DNA of 59,428 nucleotides, the filler included. It is 5 parts of 5 records of this genome, joined end to end, with 100 filler letters (N's around TTAATTAATTAA, not from the genome) between each part and the next. Parts side by side here need not be neighbours in the genome. Positions count along the whole stretch, not along the records: positions 46,058 to 59,428 come from SRR20825019_2445; 4 more parts are not named here. One strand, written 5' to 3'. Shown here piece after piece: positions 49,625-59,187 of the stretch. Position 1 is the first letter of the stretch. Each line of letters opens with the position of its first letter. Below the pieces are notes generated by a model. That model did no database searches. It saw only the letters and a list, made by a program, of their open reading frames with translations, and was not told the origin of the DNA. The position numbers were made by a program, and so were the translations under genes.

Positions 49625-50596
49625 CTAGACCCCGAAGCGCTTGCTCAGCCACGCCATCTGCTGACGATCTTGAAACGGCCCGCCGCCTTCGTGATTGTTG
49701 AACTCATAATCGATGATGGTCTTGTCGGTCCCCGCAAAGGCCTTGAATGCCCCGTAAACGGTCGAGGGCGGGCAGATGTCGTCCATCAGCGCCACCGAGA
49801 ACAGCGCCGCCGCCTGGCTTTGGCGCGCAAAATTGACGCCGTCGAAATAGCGCAGCATCTCGAACACGCTGTCCGTCTTGTCCCGATGCTGCGCCAGGAA
49901 CCGCACGATCTCGCCATAGGGATCGCGCCCGGCCACGCGCACCGCGCGGGGAAAATCGCAGAGGAAAGGAACGTCCGGCATCACCGCCTTGACCCTTGCG
50001 TCGATCCCCGCCACCGCCAGCGCGATGCCGCCACCCTGCGAGCCGCCGCAGACCGCAACGCGATCAGCATCCACGAAATCCTGCCCGATCAGCGCATCAA
50101 TGGCGCGCACGCCATCGGTGAACAGCCGGCGATAATAATAGTCATCGCGATTAAGGATACCCTTGGTCATGACCCCAGGAATCTGGCTGGTCGACCCGAT
50201 CGGGTCCGGCGTGGCGCCGGTGCTCCAGCCCGAACCCTGCCCACGGGTATCCATGCGGAAATAGGCAAATCCAGAAGCCGCCCAATGCAGCAACTCATGC
50301 GGAAAGCCTCGCCCCCCGCCATAGCCGACATATTGTGCCACCAGCGGCAGGCGCCCGTCGCGCTGCTTCGGCAGAACCAGCCAACCCTTGACCGGATGCC
50401 CGCCAAAACCGGGAAAGGTCACATCGAACACCTCGACCAGCTTGAGCGTGGTCTGCGCTGGCACCATCTCCACGGCCCCGCCAGCCTGACGCGCCTCCGT
50501 CAGCGTCTCGTCCCAGAACGCAGCAAAATCGCCCGGCAGATCCACTGCGCTTTCATAAAGGTCAAGGGCGGGATGTACGAGGTCGGGAAAGGGCAT
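49625..50596 (-). CDS. Acetylxylan esterase / cephalosporin C deacetylase (CE7)
   Basis: RGQ motif, GGSQGGG nucleophile, DDICPPST and HEGG. Confidence 0.9.
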   Translation of the reverse strand: MPFPDLVHPALDLYESAVDLPGDFAAFWDETLTEARQAGGAVEMVPAQTTLKLVEVFDVTFPGFGGHPVKGWLVLPKQRDGRLPLVAQYVGYGGGRGFPHELLHWAASGFAYFRMDTRGQGSGWSTGATPDPIGSTSQIPGVMTKGILNRDDYYYRRLFTDGVRAIDALIGQDFVDADRVAVCGGSQGGGIALAVAGIDARVKAVMPDVPFLCDFPRAVRVAGRDPYGEIVRFLAQHRDKTDSVFEMLRYFDGVNFARQSQAAALFSVALMDDICPPSTVYGAFKAFAGTDKTIIDYEFNNHEGGGPFQDRQQMAWLSKRFGV

Positions 50597-50682
50597 GATG
50601 CTTCCAAAGGGCTGAAGATAACCCCGGCAATCTGCCCGCTGCGCGCCGAATTATCCAGCCCGCCGAAGCGCATATGCAGATC

Positions 50683-51183
50683 TTACTGTGCCCGGAACAA
50701 GCTACGGTGATAGCCAACCATGGCCCGCTGCGGCCAGAGCGATACATTGTCCGGCAGCACCATGTTGCGCCCATGCGCCTCGCTGGCCTCCACCGGCTCG
50801 GAGACGATTTCGGGATGCGAGGTATAGGCGCGGTAGGCGTCGCTGATCAGCAGATGCCCCTTGCCCAGCAGGCCCGCTACCACGCCGTCCACCACAACGG
50901 CATTGCCCGGCGCCATGCGCCCGCCATGGCCGAGCGGCTGGAACAGGAACACTTCAAGACTGTGGTTGGCTTCTTCGGACGAATAGGCCTTGCCCGTCAC
51001 GGCACAGCGATAGTTGTATATTTCCAGCATAAACTGACGGAATGATACGGCATCGTCCAGCGCAAAGCCGCGTTGAACGCCTTCGGCAAAGCCAATTGAA
51101 CGGTCTCGATCCGCCACCGGTATTCCCCCATTAGGGAAAACACTAGGCGAAATTATTCGAGTGACAATGGGCATTTTGCCCAC
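50683..51183 (-). CDS. Degenerate HNH-endonuclease-like protein
   Basis: FRQFML..Y.YRCAVTG and P..HGG...GN.....YHR; catalytic His residues missing. Confidence 0.5.
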   Translation of the reverse strand: MGKMPIVTRIISPSVFPNGGIPVADRDRSIGFAEGVQRGFALDDAVSFRQFMLEIYNYRCAVTGKAYSSEEANHSLEVFLFQPLGHGGRMAPGNAVVVDGVVAGLLGKGHLLISDAYRAYTSHPEIVSEPVEASEAHGRNMVLPDNVSLWPQRAMVGYHRSLFRAQ

Positions 51184-51209
51184 TGTCGCAGTGTTATCGA
51201 TGACAGGTG

Positions 51210-52160
51210 CTATCGCCCCACCGTTTCGCGATAATGCTTAAGGACTTTTCCGGCATCAACGCCCGTGCAGATGGTCTGAGCCGGCCGGTTTGCCCAATCA
51301 GGATGCCCGCCCTTGCGGGACTCAGGCATCTGGATCGTCTGGCCAACCGCCACCCCGTCGCGCACCACGAGAATCGGCCCCCGGCGGGTTTCGAACCACT
51401 CCGGATGCAAGGCATAGGTCACCGCCAGGAGGTCGTGCCCCACCACGCCGGAAAGCCCCATCATTTCCTTGTAGAAGCGGGCATAGTGCTCGCACATCTG
51501 GGCCAGCAGGGCGCCATTCTCGCCCACTTCGCGCGACAATGCCTCAAGATAGGCAGTGTCCAGAATGATGTCATGGGTCACATCGAGCCCCACCACCACG
51601 ACGGGCCAGTCCGCCGCGAAAATCTCGTCTGCGGCGACCGGGTCGCCATGGATATTGGCTTCCGCCGCCGGCGTGATATTGCCGCTCCGGCCCTGATAGC
51701 CAAACGCGCCACCCATGATGACCACCTGCTTGGCAAGCTTGGCCACCTCCGGCTCGGCGCGCAGCGCCAGGGCCAGATTGGTCATGCGGCCGACAGCGAT
51801 GATGGTAACTTCGCCCGGATGGGCCTTGAGCATATCGATGATGAACTGGCTGGCCTCGCCGGGCGCCAACCCGCTTTCGTCCACGGCCGGAATCTCGATC
51901 TCGCCCAGCCCGTTGACGCCATGCACGATAACCGGCTCGGCCTTCTCCACGCCATCCAGGGTCTTGCCCGCCCCCTGCACCACCGGCGCTGACAGTCCGA
52001 ACCGTTCCTTGAGAAACAGGGCATTGCGGGTGGTCGTGGCCAGGTCGGCATTGCCGACCACCGTCGTGATGCCCAGCAGATCAATTTCCGGTAGCTTGCT
52101 CAGATAAAGCAGCGCCATGGCATCGTCGATGCCGGGATCGGTGTCAAATATGACCTTCAT
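51210..52160 (-). CDS. Nucleoside hydrolase (IU-NH family)
   Basis: DTDPGIDDAMA, HG.NGLG, AEANIHGDP and HDLLA. Confidence 0.93.
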   Translation of the reverse strand: MKVIFDTDPGIDDAMALLYLSKLPEIDLLGITTVVGNADLATTTRNALFLKERFGLSAPVVQGAGKTLDGVEKAEPVIVHGVNGLGEIEIPAVDESGLAPGEASQFIIDMLKAHPGEVTIIAVGRMTNLALALRAEPEVAKLAKQVVIMGGAFGYQGRSGNITPAAEANIHGDPVAADEIFAADWPVVVVGLDVTHDIILDTAYLEALSREVGENGALLAQMCEHYARFYKEMMGLSGVVGHDLLAVTYALHPEWFETRRGPILVVRDGVAVGQTIQMPESRKGGHPDWANRPAQTICTGVDAGKVLKHYRETVGR

Positions 52161-52205
52161 TTGCTTTTCTTCTCATCTCATATGTGGGCGCTGCCATAGC
52201 GATTT

Positions 52206-52221
52206 TTGACCTTCTGGTCAA
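52206..52221. promoter_or_regulatory. RutR-like operator 1
   Basis: TTGACCTTCTGGTCAA vs consensus TTGACCAnnTGGTCAA; upstream of the nucleoside hydrolase. Confidence 0.65.
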
Positions 52222-52379
52222 AGGCGACTGGCAGATGGCTGATTTGCAACCATCTGGGCCGAAGCCGTCCGGGCACCCGGTTACGGCTATGTGCCTCGCC
52301 CCACTACCAAGTGCCTTCTTGCGAGCATGCGCCGGCGCCATCATATTTCGGTTACTATTCGTAACTAGAGGCACGAAAG

Positions 52380-53276
52380 ATGACCGATTATGGACATGAC
52401 CTGCTGTTCGGCACCTTTGCCAGCCCAACGGCACAGCAGGCCGACCAGGTTGTGGCCCTGGCCATGGAGGCCGAAGCGGCGGGGCTGGATCTGGTCACCT
52501 ATCAGGACCACCCTTACAATCCAGGCTTCCTGGATGTTTACGCGCTGATGAGCTTCGTGGCGGCCAGGACCAGCCGCATCAGGCTTTCGGCCAATGTGAC
52601 CAATTTGCCGTTGCGGCCGCCCGCAGTGCTGGCCAAGGCAGCAGCCAGCATCGATATTCTCTCAGCGGGCCGGTTCGAGCTTGGCCTGGGAGCCGGTGGG
52701 TTTGCCGACGCTATCAAGTCCATGGGCGGCCCCGCGCTCACCGCTGGCGAGCGGGTCTCGGCAACCGAAGAAGCCATCGATTTCATGCGTGGCGTCTGGA
52801 CGGGTGACGGCCAGATGTTCAAGCATCGCGGCACCCATTATGACATCGCCAGTGTCCGGGCAGGCCCCGCACCGGCCCATGACATCGGCATCTGGCTCGG
52901 CGCCTACAAGCCGCGCATTTTCGGCCTCACCGGCGCCAAGGGTGATGGCTGGCTGCCCACCTTTGAATATATCCAGTCGCCGGACATTACCGAATCCAAC
53001 CGCCTGATCGACGAAGGCGCCCGCAAGGCAGGTCGCGATCCGCGCGCCGTGCGGCGCCTGCTCAATATCATGAAGGTCGGCATCGGCCCTGCCAACCAGG
53101 GTTTCCTCAATGGTCCGGCCAGCCAGTGGATCGAGCAATTGACCGGGTTCGTGCTTGAACACGGGTTCTCGGCCTTTCTCATTGGCGGCGATGATCCGCG
53201 CCTCATGCACATCCTGGGGGAAGAGATCGCGCCTGCCGTGCGTGAAGCGGTGGCAAAAGCGCGTCTCGCGTCTTGA
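52380..53276 (+). CDS. LLM-class flavin/F420-dependent oxidoreductase
   Basis: QDHPY, NV.NLPLRPPAVLAKAAAS.D.LS.GRFELGLGAG and IWLGAYKPR. Confidence 0.88.
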   Translation: MTDYGHDLLFGTFASPTAQQADQVVALAMEAEAAGLDLVTYQDHPYNPGFLDVYALMSFVAARTSRIRLSANVTNLPLRPPAVLAKAAASIDILSAGRFELGLGAGGFADAIKSMGGPALTAGERVSATEEAIDFMRGVWTGDGQMFKHRGTHYDIASVRAGPAPAHDIGIWLGAYKPRIFGLTGAKGDGWLPTFEYIQSPDITESNRLIDEGARKAGRDPRAVRRLLNIMKVGIGPANQGFLNGPASQWIEQLTGFVLEHGFSAFLIGGDDPRLMHILGEEIAPAVREAVAKARLAS

Positions 53277-53331
53277 ACCGGTCATCGTCCCCTGCAAGTT
53301 TGGCGTGATCGCCCTTGACGAACGCCGAATT

Positions 53332-53347
53332 TTGACCAAACGATCAA
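53332..53347. promoter_or_regulatory. RutR-like operator 2
   Basis: TTGACCAAACGATCAA between TTGACG (53315-53320) and the fgd start. Confidence 0.6.
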
Positions 53348-53371
53348 ATATTGGGATTTTGGGAGAAGACC

Positions 53372-54373
53372 ATGCGCTTCGGTTACAAGGCATCGGCGGA
53401 ACAATTCGGACCAAACGAGCTTTTGCGCTTCTCCGTCGAGGCTGAGCAGGCCGGTTTTGACTCGGTTTTCGTGTCCGATCATTTCCAGCCCTGGAAGCAC
53501 ACGGACGGGCACGCGCCCTTCGCGCCGGGCTGGATGTCCGCCGTGCTGGCCCGCACCGAAAAGATCACACTGGGCACGTCCGTGCTCACCCCGACCTTTC
53601 GCCTGCATCCGAGCGTCGTCGCCCACGCCTTTGGCACCATGGGCGCCATGTTTCCCGGCCGCGTCATCCTTGGCGTCGGCACCGGCGAGGGCCTCAACGA
53701 GGTTCCCGCCACCGGCATGGTCTGGCCCGAACTCAAGGAGCGCTCCGCCCGCCTGCGCGAAGCCGTCCGCCTGATCCGCCAGCTTTGGTCGGAAGATCGC
53801 GTGAGCTTTGAAGGCGAATACTACACGACCGTCAACGCCACGATCTATGACAAGCCGGCAGGACCGGTGCCGATCTATATCGCTGCAGGCGGCCCTCTTA
53901 ACGCCAAATATGCAGGTCGCGCAGGCGACGGTTTCATCTGCACCTCGGGCAAGGGCGCCGACCTTTATGTCGACCAGCTTTTGCCCAATGTGGCCGCAGG
54001 TCGGGCCGAAAGCCCGCTTAAGGACAAGCCGTTCGAACGCATGATCGAAGTGAAGGTCTCGTTTGACACCGATGCCGCCCGCGCCCTTGAGGACACCCGC
54101 AACTGGGCTGCCCTTTCGCTCTCGGCCGAGGAAAAACACTCGGTCAAGGATTCAGAGGAAATGGAACGCCTGGCCGATGCGCTTCCCATCGAGCGCGTCG
54201 CCAAACGATGGATCGTCTCCTCCGACCCCGACGAGCATGTTGCGCAGATCAAGACCTACATTGACTACGGCTTCGACCATCTGGTGTTCCACGCACCCGG
54301 CACCGACCAGAGCCGGTTCCTCGAACTCTATGCGAAAGAGATTCTGCCAAGGCTGCGAAAGTTGATCGGATGA
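53372..54373 (+). CDS. fgd: F420-dependent glucose-6-phosphate dehydrogenase
   Basis: [51 protein letters not shown] and LVFHAPG. Confidence 0.88.
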   Translation: MRFGYKASAEQFGPNELLRFSVEAEQAGFDSVFVSDHFQPWKHTDGHAPFAPGWMSAVLARTEKITLGTSVLTPTFRLHPSVVAHAFGTMGAMFPGRVILGVGTGEGLNEVPATGMVWPELKERSARLREAVRLIRQLWSEDRVSFEGEYYTTVNATIYDKPAGPVPIYIAAGGPLNAKYAGRAGDGFICTSGKGADLYVDQLLPNVAAGRAESPLKDKPFERMIEVKVSFDTDAARALEDTRNWAALSLSAEEKHSVKDSEEMERLADALPIERVAKRWIVSSDPDEHVAQIKTYIDYGFDHLVFHAPGTDQSRFLELYAKEILPRLRKLIG

Positions 54374-55182
54374 CCCCACGCTTTTCTGTCTGGGGCATCA
54401 CCGGCATCCCGGAAATCGCCCCCAATGATGACCTCGTCGCCCTCATCGCCGAGGCGATTGCGGCACAGGCTGCCATCGACCCCAATCTGGCGTTGCAGTC
54501 GGGCGATATCCTCGTCGTCACCTCAAAGATCGTGTCCAAGGCCGAGGGCATGCAGGTGCCTGCCGCCGAGCGTGAACAGGCCATCGCTGCCGACACGGTG
54601 CGCGTGGTTGCCGAACGCGTGCACCCCGGGGGCACCTTCCGCATCGTCGAGACCCGCCAGGGCCTGGTCATGGCCGCCGCTGGCATCGACATGTCCAACG
54701 TCCCCGAAGGCACAGCGCTGCGTCTGCCCACAGATCCCGATGCATCCGCGCAGTTGCTCTGCCAGGGGCTGCGCGCGCGCCTTGGCGTGGACATTGGCGT
54801 CATTGTCACTGACACCATTGGCCGCGCCTGGCGCATCGGCCAGACCGACATGGCCATCGGCGCCGCCGGTGTGCAACTGACTGACGATTTGCGTGGCGAA
54901 AACGACGCCAACGGCCGGCCCCTGCATGTCACTCAGGCCGTCATAGTCGACGAAATCGCCGGTGCCGCCGATCTGGTCAAGGGCAAGACCACAGGCATCC
55001 CTGTCGCCGTCATGCGCGGGCTTGGCCGCTTCGTCACGCCCCTCGATGCGCCCGGCGCTCGCACCCTGACCCGTACGGGCGATGACGACATGTTCCGCTT
55101 CGGCTCTGCCGAGGCCTATCGCCTTGGCTATGAAGCGGCCCTGGCGGAACTCAATTCGCGCAAAAAGCAGAAGCAGGACTGA
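54370..55182 (+). CDS. cofE: Coenzyme F420-0:L-glutamate ligase
   Basis: [37 protein letters not shown] and [13 protein letters not shown]. Confidence 0.9.
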   Translation: MTPRFSVWGITGIPEIAPNDDLVALIAEAIAAQAAIDPNLALQSGDILVVTSKIVSKAEGMQVPAAEREQAIAADTVRVVAERVHPGGTFRIVETRQGLVMAAAGIDMSNVPEGTALRLPTDPDASAQLLCQGLRARLGVDIGVIVTDTIGRAWRIGQTDMAIGAAGVQLTDDLRGENDANGRPLHVTQAVIVDEIAGAADLVKGKTTGIPVAVMRGLGRFVTPLDAPGARTLTRTGDDDMFRFGSAEAYRLGYEAALAELNSRKKQKQD

Positions 55183-55184
55183 CC

Positions 55185-56123
55185 ATGCGTCACCTCGGCC
55201 GCCTTTCGTTCATCTTGACCCTCCTGGCCCTCCCCGCCCAGGCCGCCGCCTATCCCCTGACGCTCGACAATTGCGGCCATGCGGTCACGATCGACGCGGC
55301 GCCGGAACGGGTTGTCACGATCAAGTCCACCGCCACCGAAATGCTGCTTTCACTGGGCCTTGGCGATCAGATCGTCGGCGTCGGTTTCCAGGATGGGCCC
55401 TTGCCGCCACATCTGGCACTGGCCGGCGCGGGCCTGCCCGTGCTCTCCGACAAGCTGCCCAGCCAGGAAGTCGTGCTCGAGGTCGAACCCGACTTCATCT
55501 ATGGCGGCTGGGAAAGCAATTTCGCTGCTGACGGCGCCGGTGAACGCCCCACTCTCGCCGGTCTGGGCGTTGCCACCTATGTCGCTCCGGCCGCCTGCCG
55601 GTCGATCAAGCCGCCCAAGCTGACCTTCCAGCAACTCTTTGACCAGATTGACGAATTGGGCACGATCTTCGACGCTCAAGACGCCGCCACCCGCCTCGTC
55701 GCCGAACAGCAGGCCGCGCTCAATGCTATCGCGCCCGATCCGCGCGGCCTGACCGCGCTCTGGTATTCCTCCGGCACCAAGACCCCCTATGTGGGCGCCG
55801 GCAGCAATGCGCCGGCCATGATCATGGAGGCCCTTGGCCTTCAAAATATCTATACCGACATCGACGAAGGCTGGACCTCGGCCTCTTGGGAAGCCATCGT
55901 CGACGCCAATCCCGATGTCATTGTGCTGGTCGACGCCGCCTGGAACTCCGCCGAGCAGAAAAAGACCCTGCTGGCGGAAAACCCGATCACCAGCCAGCTC
56001 GACGCGGTCATCAACCAGCGCTACCTGATCATTCCGTTTCCCGCCTCGGAAGCGGGTATCCGCAACGTCCCGGCGACCGCTGACATGGCCGTGCAGCTGG
56101 CCAAGCTGACATTTGGGGAATGA
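55185..56123 (+). CDS. Putative F420-0 ABC transporter substrate-binding protein
   Basis: YPLTLDNCG, PDFIYGGWESNF and TPYVGAG; located directly after cofE. Confidence 0.8.
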   Translation: MRHLGRLSFILTLLALPAQAAAYPLTLDNCGHAVTIDAAPERVVTIKSTATEMLLSLGLGDQIVGVGFQDGPLPPHLALAGAGLPVLSDKLPSQEVVLEVEPDFIYGGWESNFAADGAGERPTLAGLGVATYVAPAACRSIKPPKLTFQQLFDQIDELGTIFDAQDAATRLVAEQQAALNAIAPDPRGLTALWYSSGTKTPYVGAGSNAPAMIMEALGLQNIYTDIDEGWTSASWEAIVDANPDVIVLVDAAWNSAEQKKTLLAENPITSQLDAVINQRYLIIPFPASEAGIRNVPATADMAVQLAKLTFGE

Positions 56124-57130
56124 CGATCACGCATCGTCTCTCCCTGCCGGCCCTCGCCGTCCTCCTCATCGCCAGCGCTGTGGCGGCGGTCACCTTCGGT
56201 CCGGCCGACATCACCCCGGGCGAGGTCTGGTCGGTCATCGCGCACCATCTCGGCCTTCTTCCCGAAAGCCCGGTTTCGCGGCTGCGCGATGCGATTGTCT
56301 GGGAACTGCGTCTGCCCCGCGTACTGACGGCGCTGGGCGTAGGTGCAGGCCTGGCACTGTCCGGCGCCGTGATGCAGGCGCTCACGCGCAATCCCCTCGC
56401 CGATCCCTATCTCCTGGGTCTGTCGTCCGGTGCTGCACTGGGCGCGGTGCTGTTCCTTCTGCTGGGCCTCACCCTCCTCATGCCGCTCGGCGCCTTTTTC
56501 GGCAGCCTCGGCGCGCTGGCACTCGCCCTTCTCATCGCCCAGCTCCTTGGTGGCGCCACCCCCAGCCGCGCCATTCTGTCCGGCATCTGCATCGCGGCTC
56601 TGGCCTCGGCGGCGACGTCCTTTCTCATCTTCTGGTCGGCCACGGGCGACAGCTATCGCGAAATTCTGAGCTGGTTGATGGGTTCGCTGTCGGGCTCGAT
56701 ATGGTCAGACGCGACCCTGGTTTATCTGGCGCTGGCCGCGTGTCTGCCGATCATCTTGGCCAATGGCCGGGCGCTCGACGCCTTCGCCTTTGGCGATACC
56801 GCAGCTGCAAGCCTGGGTATCGATGTGCCGCGACTGCGCTGGATCTTGTTGGGTGCGACGGCTCTGTTGACCGGCATCATGGTGGCGATTGGCGGCGCCA
56901 TTGGTTTCGTTGGCCTCGTCGTGCCCCACGCCGTGCGCCTCGCTGTCGGGTCAGCGCACCGCAAATTGCTGCCCCATGTCATGCTGGCAGGCGCCATCTT
57001 CATGCTCTGGACCGACACCGCCGCGCGAACCCTGTTCGATCCGCGCGAATTGCCCGTGGGCATCATCACCGCGCTGATCGGCGCACCGGTGTTCCTAGCC
57101 GTCCTGCTGCGCTACCGGAGGATCACATGA
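56120..57130 (+). CDS. Putative F420-0 ABC transporter permease (FecCD family)
   Basis: LRLPRV, RNPLADPYLLG.SSGA and IGFVGLVVPH. Confidence 0.85.
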   Translation: MTITHRLSLPALAVLLIASAVAAVTFGPADITPGEVWSVIAHHLGLLPESPVSRLRDAIVWELRLPRVLTALGVGAGLALSGAVMQALTRNPLADPYLLGLSSGAALGAVLFLLLGLTLLMPLGAFFGSLGALALALLIAQLLGGATPSRAILSGICIAALASAATSFLIFWSATGDSYREILSWLMGSLSGSIWSDATLVYLALAACLPIILANGRALDAFAFGDTAAASLGIDVPRLRWILLGATALLTGIMVAIGGAIGFVGLVVPHAVRLAVGSAHRKLLPHVMLAGAIFMLWTDTAARTLFDPRELPVGIITALIGAPVFLAVLLRYRRIT

Positions 57131-57930
57131 GCCTCTCGGTTGCTCGATTGTCGGTCGAGAAATCCGGCACGCCCATCCTGACCGATGTGGGCTTCTCCGC
57201 ACCGGCTGGCCGCATCACCGGGCTGATCGGCCCCAATGGCGCGGGCAAGTCCACCTTGCTTGCCGCCCTGCTTGGCCTCGTGCCGGCCCAGGGCAGCATC
57301 ACCTTCCAGGCCAACGATCTGCCCCCCATGCGCCGGCGTGACCGGGCACGGCTCCTGGCCTTTGTGGAACAATCGACTGCCACCGAAGAGCGCCTCAGCG
57401 TGCGCGATGTCGTCGCTCTGGGGCGGATACCATACGAGGCCGCATGGCAATCAGAGCCCAGCCCGGAAGACGAGGCGATCATCGCCCAGGCCCTGGCCGA
57501 CACCGGCACCACAGGCTTTGCGGCAAGACGGTTCACCACACTCTCCGGCGGCGAACAACAGCGCGTGCATGTTGCACGGGCCCTGGCCCAGCAGCCGCGC
57601 CTGCTGCTCCTCGACGAACCGACAAGTCACCTCGACATTCGCGCCCAGCTTGAGCTTCTGGCCCTGCTCCGCCAGAAGGCCGGGGCCGGCATGACCATAT
57701 TTGTGGCCCTGCACGATCTCAATCTTGCCGCCCGATTCTGCGACCATCTGGTCGTGCTGGCCAATGGACGATTGGCCGTCGAGGGTCCGCCTGCCGATAT
57801 CCTGACCCCTGAACTGCTGCGTTCGGTTTACGGCGTCGCCGCCCGGCTGGTGTCCGACAATGCCAATGGCCACCCCCTGATCATCTATGACGAAGCAATT
57901 GCGGAGCCCCAGGCACAAATACCCGATTGA
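57127..57930 (+). CDS. Putative F420-0 ABC transporter ATP-binding protein
   Basis: GPNGAGKST, LSGGEQQR and LDEPTSHLD; start reassigned to MSLSV overlapping the permease stop. Confidence 0.88.
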   Translation: MSLSVARLSVEKSGTPILTDVGFSAPAGRITGLIGPNGAGKSTLLAALLGLVPAQGSITFQANDLPPMRRRDRARLLAFVEQSTATEERLSVRDVVALGRIPYEAAWQSEPSPEDEAIIAQALADTGTTGFAARRFTTLSGGEQQRVHVARALAQQPRLLLLDEPTSHLDIRAQLELLALLRQKAGAGMTIFVALHDLNLAARFCDHLVVLANGRLAVEGPPADILTPELLRSVYGVAARLVSDNANGHPLIIYDEAIAEPQAQIPD

Positions 57931-57956
57931 CAATCGTGCCTCAGGCACTTCAAAAT

Positions 57957-57972
57957 TTGATCGACTGGTCAA
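57957..57972. promoter_or_regulatory. RutR-like operator 3
   Basis: TTGATCGACTGGTCAA within AAATTTGA...TCAAATTT, downstream of TTGACA (57927-57932). Confidence 0.65.
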
Positions 57973-58005
57973 ATTTCCAGATCAATGGGATCGCAGAGGG
58001 ACACA

Positions 58006-59007
58006 ATGGAATTCGGCATCACCTTCAAGGGCTTTATCGAGCACGAGCGCGCCCGCTATCTGGTTCGCGCCGCCGAATATGCCGGCTTCTCCTATTGCTG
58101 GTTCTACGACAGCCACATTCTCTGGCGCGATTGCTACGCCGCCATCGCCATGTGCATGGAACACACCACCGACATGCGGTTCGGGCCGCTGGTCACCAAT
58201 CCCGATGTGCGCGACTGGTCGGTCGCTGCTTCCATTTTTGGCTCGCTCTCGAAGCAGTCCGGCGGGCGCTTCGATCTCGCCGTCGGGCGTGGCGACTCTT
58301 CCATGCGCGTCATGGGCAAGAAGCCCGCGACCCTCAAGCGCGTTGCCGAATTCATCGACAAGACCAAGGCCATGGTGCGCGGCGAGGAAGTCACCTATGG
58401 CGAAATCCCCGCACCGGTGAAATTCCCCTGGGCGGTCGGGCACGAAATGCCGAGCTGGATTGCGGCCTATGGCCCGCTGGCCCTGAAGACCGCTGGCGAG
58501 CACGCCGAGGGCGTCGTGTTGCAGATAGCCGATCCGGGCCTGTGCAAATGGTTCACCGACCAATGCATCGATGCAGGCAAGGCGGCCGGCAAGGACATGT
58601 CCGGCTTCCGCTCCATGGCCGCTGCACCGGCCTATTTCGGTGAGAAAAAACGCGCCATCGAGCATGTGAAGTGGTTCCCGGCCATGGTCGGCAATCATGT
58701 CGCGGACATTGTCGAGAAATACGGCGCCGATAGCGACAAGGTACCATCGAGCCTGACCAGCTATATCGAAAAGCGCCGTGGCTACGATTACTCCAAGCAC
58801 GGCCAGGCCGATAACCCCTATCTCGATTTCATCACCGATGATGTGGTGGAAAGCTTCTGCGTACTCGGCGAACCCGAGGACCATATCAAGAAGCTGCATG
58901 AACTGGAGGCTGCGGGGGTCACCCAGTTCAACATCTATCTCGACAGCGGCGATGAGGAGGAAATCATCGCCAATTATGGAAGGCACGTCATTCCTGCCTT
59001 CCGCTGA
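58006..59007 (+). CDS. LLM-class F420-dependent oxidoreductase, TIGR03842/CPS_4043-like
   Basis: W.YDSHILW, GPLVTNP..RDWSV.AS.F, GRGDS..RV.GKKP, WFP.MVGNHVAD.V..YG and R.GYDY..HG.A.NP. Confidence 0.8.
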   Translation: MEFGITFKGFIEHERARYLVRAAEYAGFSYCWFYDSHILWRDCYAAIAMCMEHTTDMRFGPLVTNPDVRDWSVAASIFGSLSKQSGGRFDLAVGRGDSSMRVMGKKPATLKRVAEFIDKTKAMVRGEEVTYGEIPAPVKFPWAVGHEMPSWIAAYGPLALKTAGEHAEGVVLQIADPGLCKWFTDQCIDAGKAAGKDMSGFRSMAAAPAYFGEKKRAIEHVKWFPAMVGNHVADIVEKYGADSDKVPSSLTSYIEKRRGYDYSKHGQADNPYLDFITDDVVESFCVLGEPEDHIKKLHELEAAGVTQFNIYLDSGDEEEIIANYGRHVIPAFR

Positions 59008-59014
59008 ACTCTCG

Positions 59015-59048
59015 AAGGGCGCGCCGCACGGTGCGCCTTTTTTGTTTT
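59015..59048 (+). terminator. Rho-independent terminator
   Basis: GGCGCGCCG/CGGTGCGCC stem followed by TTTTTTGTTTT. Confidence 0.75.
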
Positions 59049-59187
59049 GGCATCAAAGCCTTGTCGCGACCTGGGAAGCGCAGGCAATCAGGCAAGGATG
59101 CTGTGACCACTTCCACAAGCACCTCTGTGACGTCTAGATGACGCCAGGGAGGCGACAATGAACAAACAACCAAAACGGGGAACGAAA

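Noticed and set aside
56113-57930. 605-aa ORF suggesting an N-terminally extended ATPase
   Set aside because: The extension is an off-frame read-through of the permease gene; the ATPase starts at 57127
40542-58986. Many long antisense or alternate-frame ORFs (e.g. 40542-41864, 46103-47128, 49670-50710, 57982-58986)
   Set aside because: Shadows of well-supported genes in high-GC DNA, with no recognisable motifs
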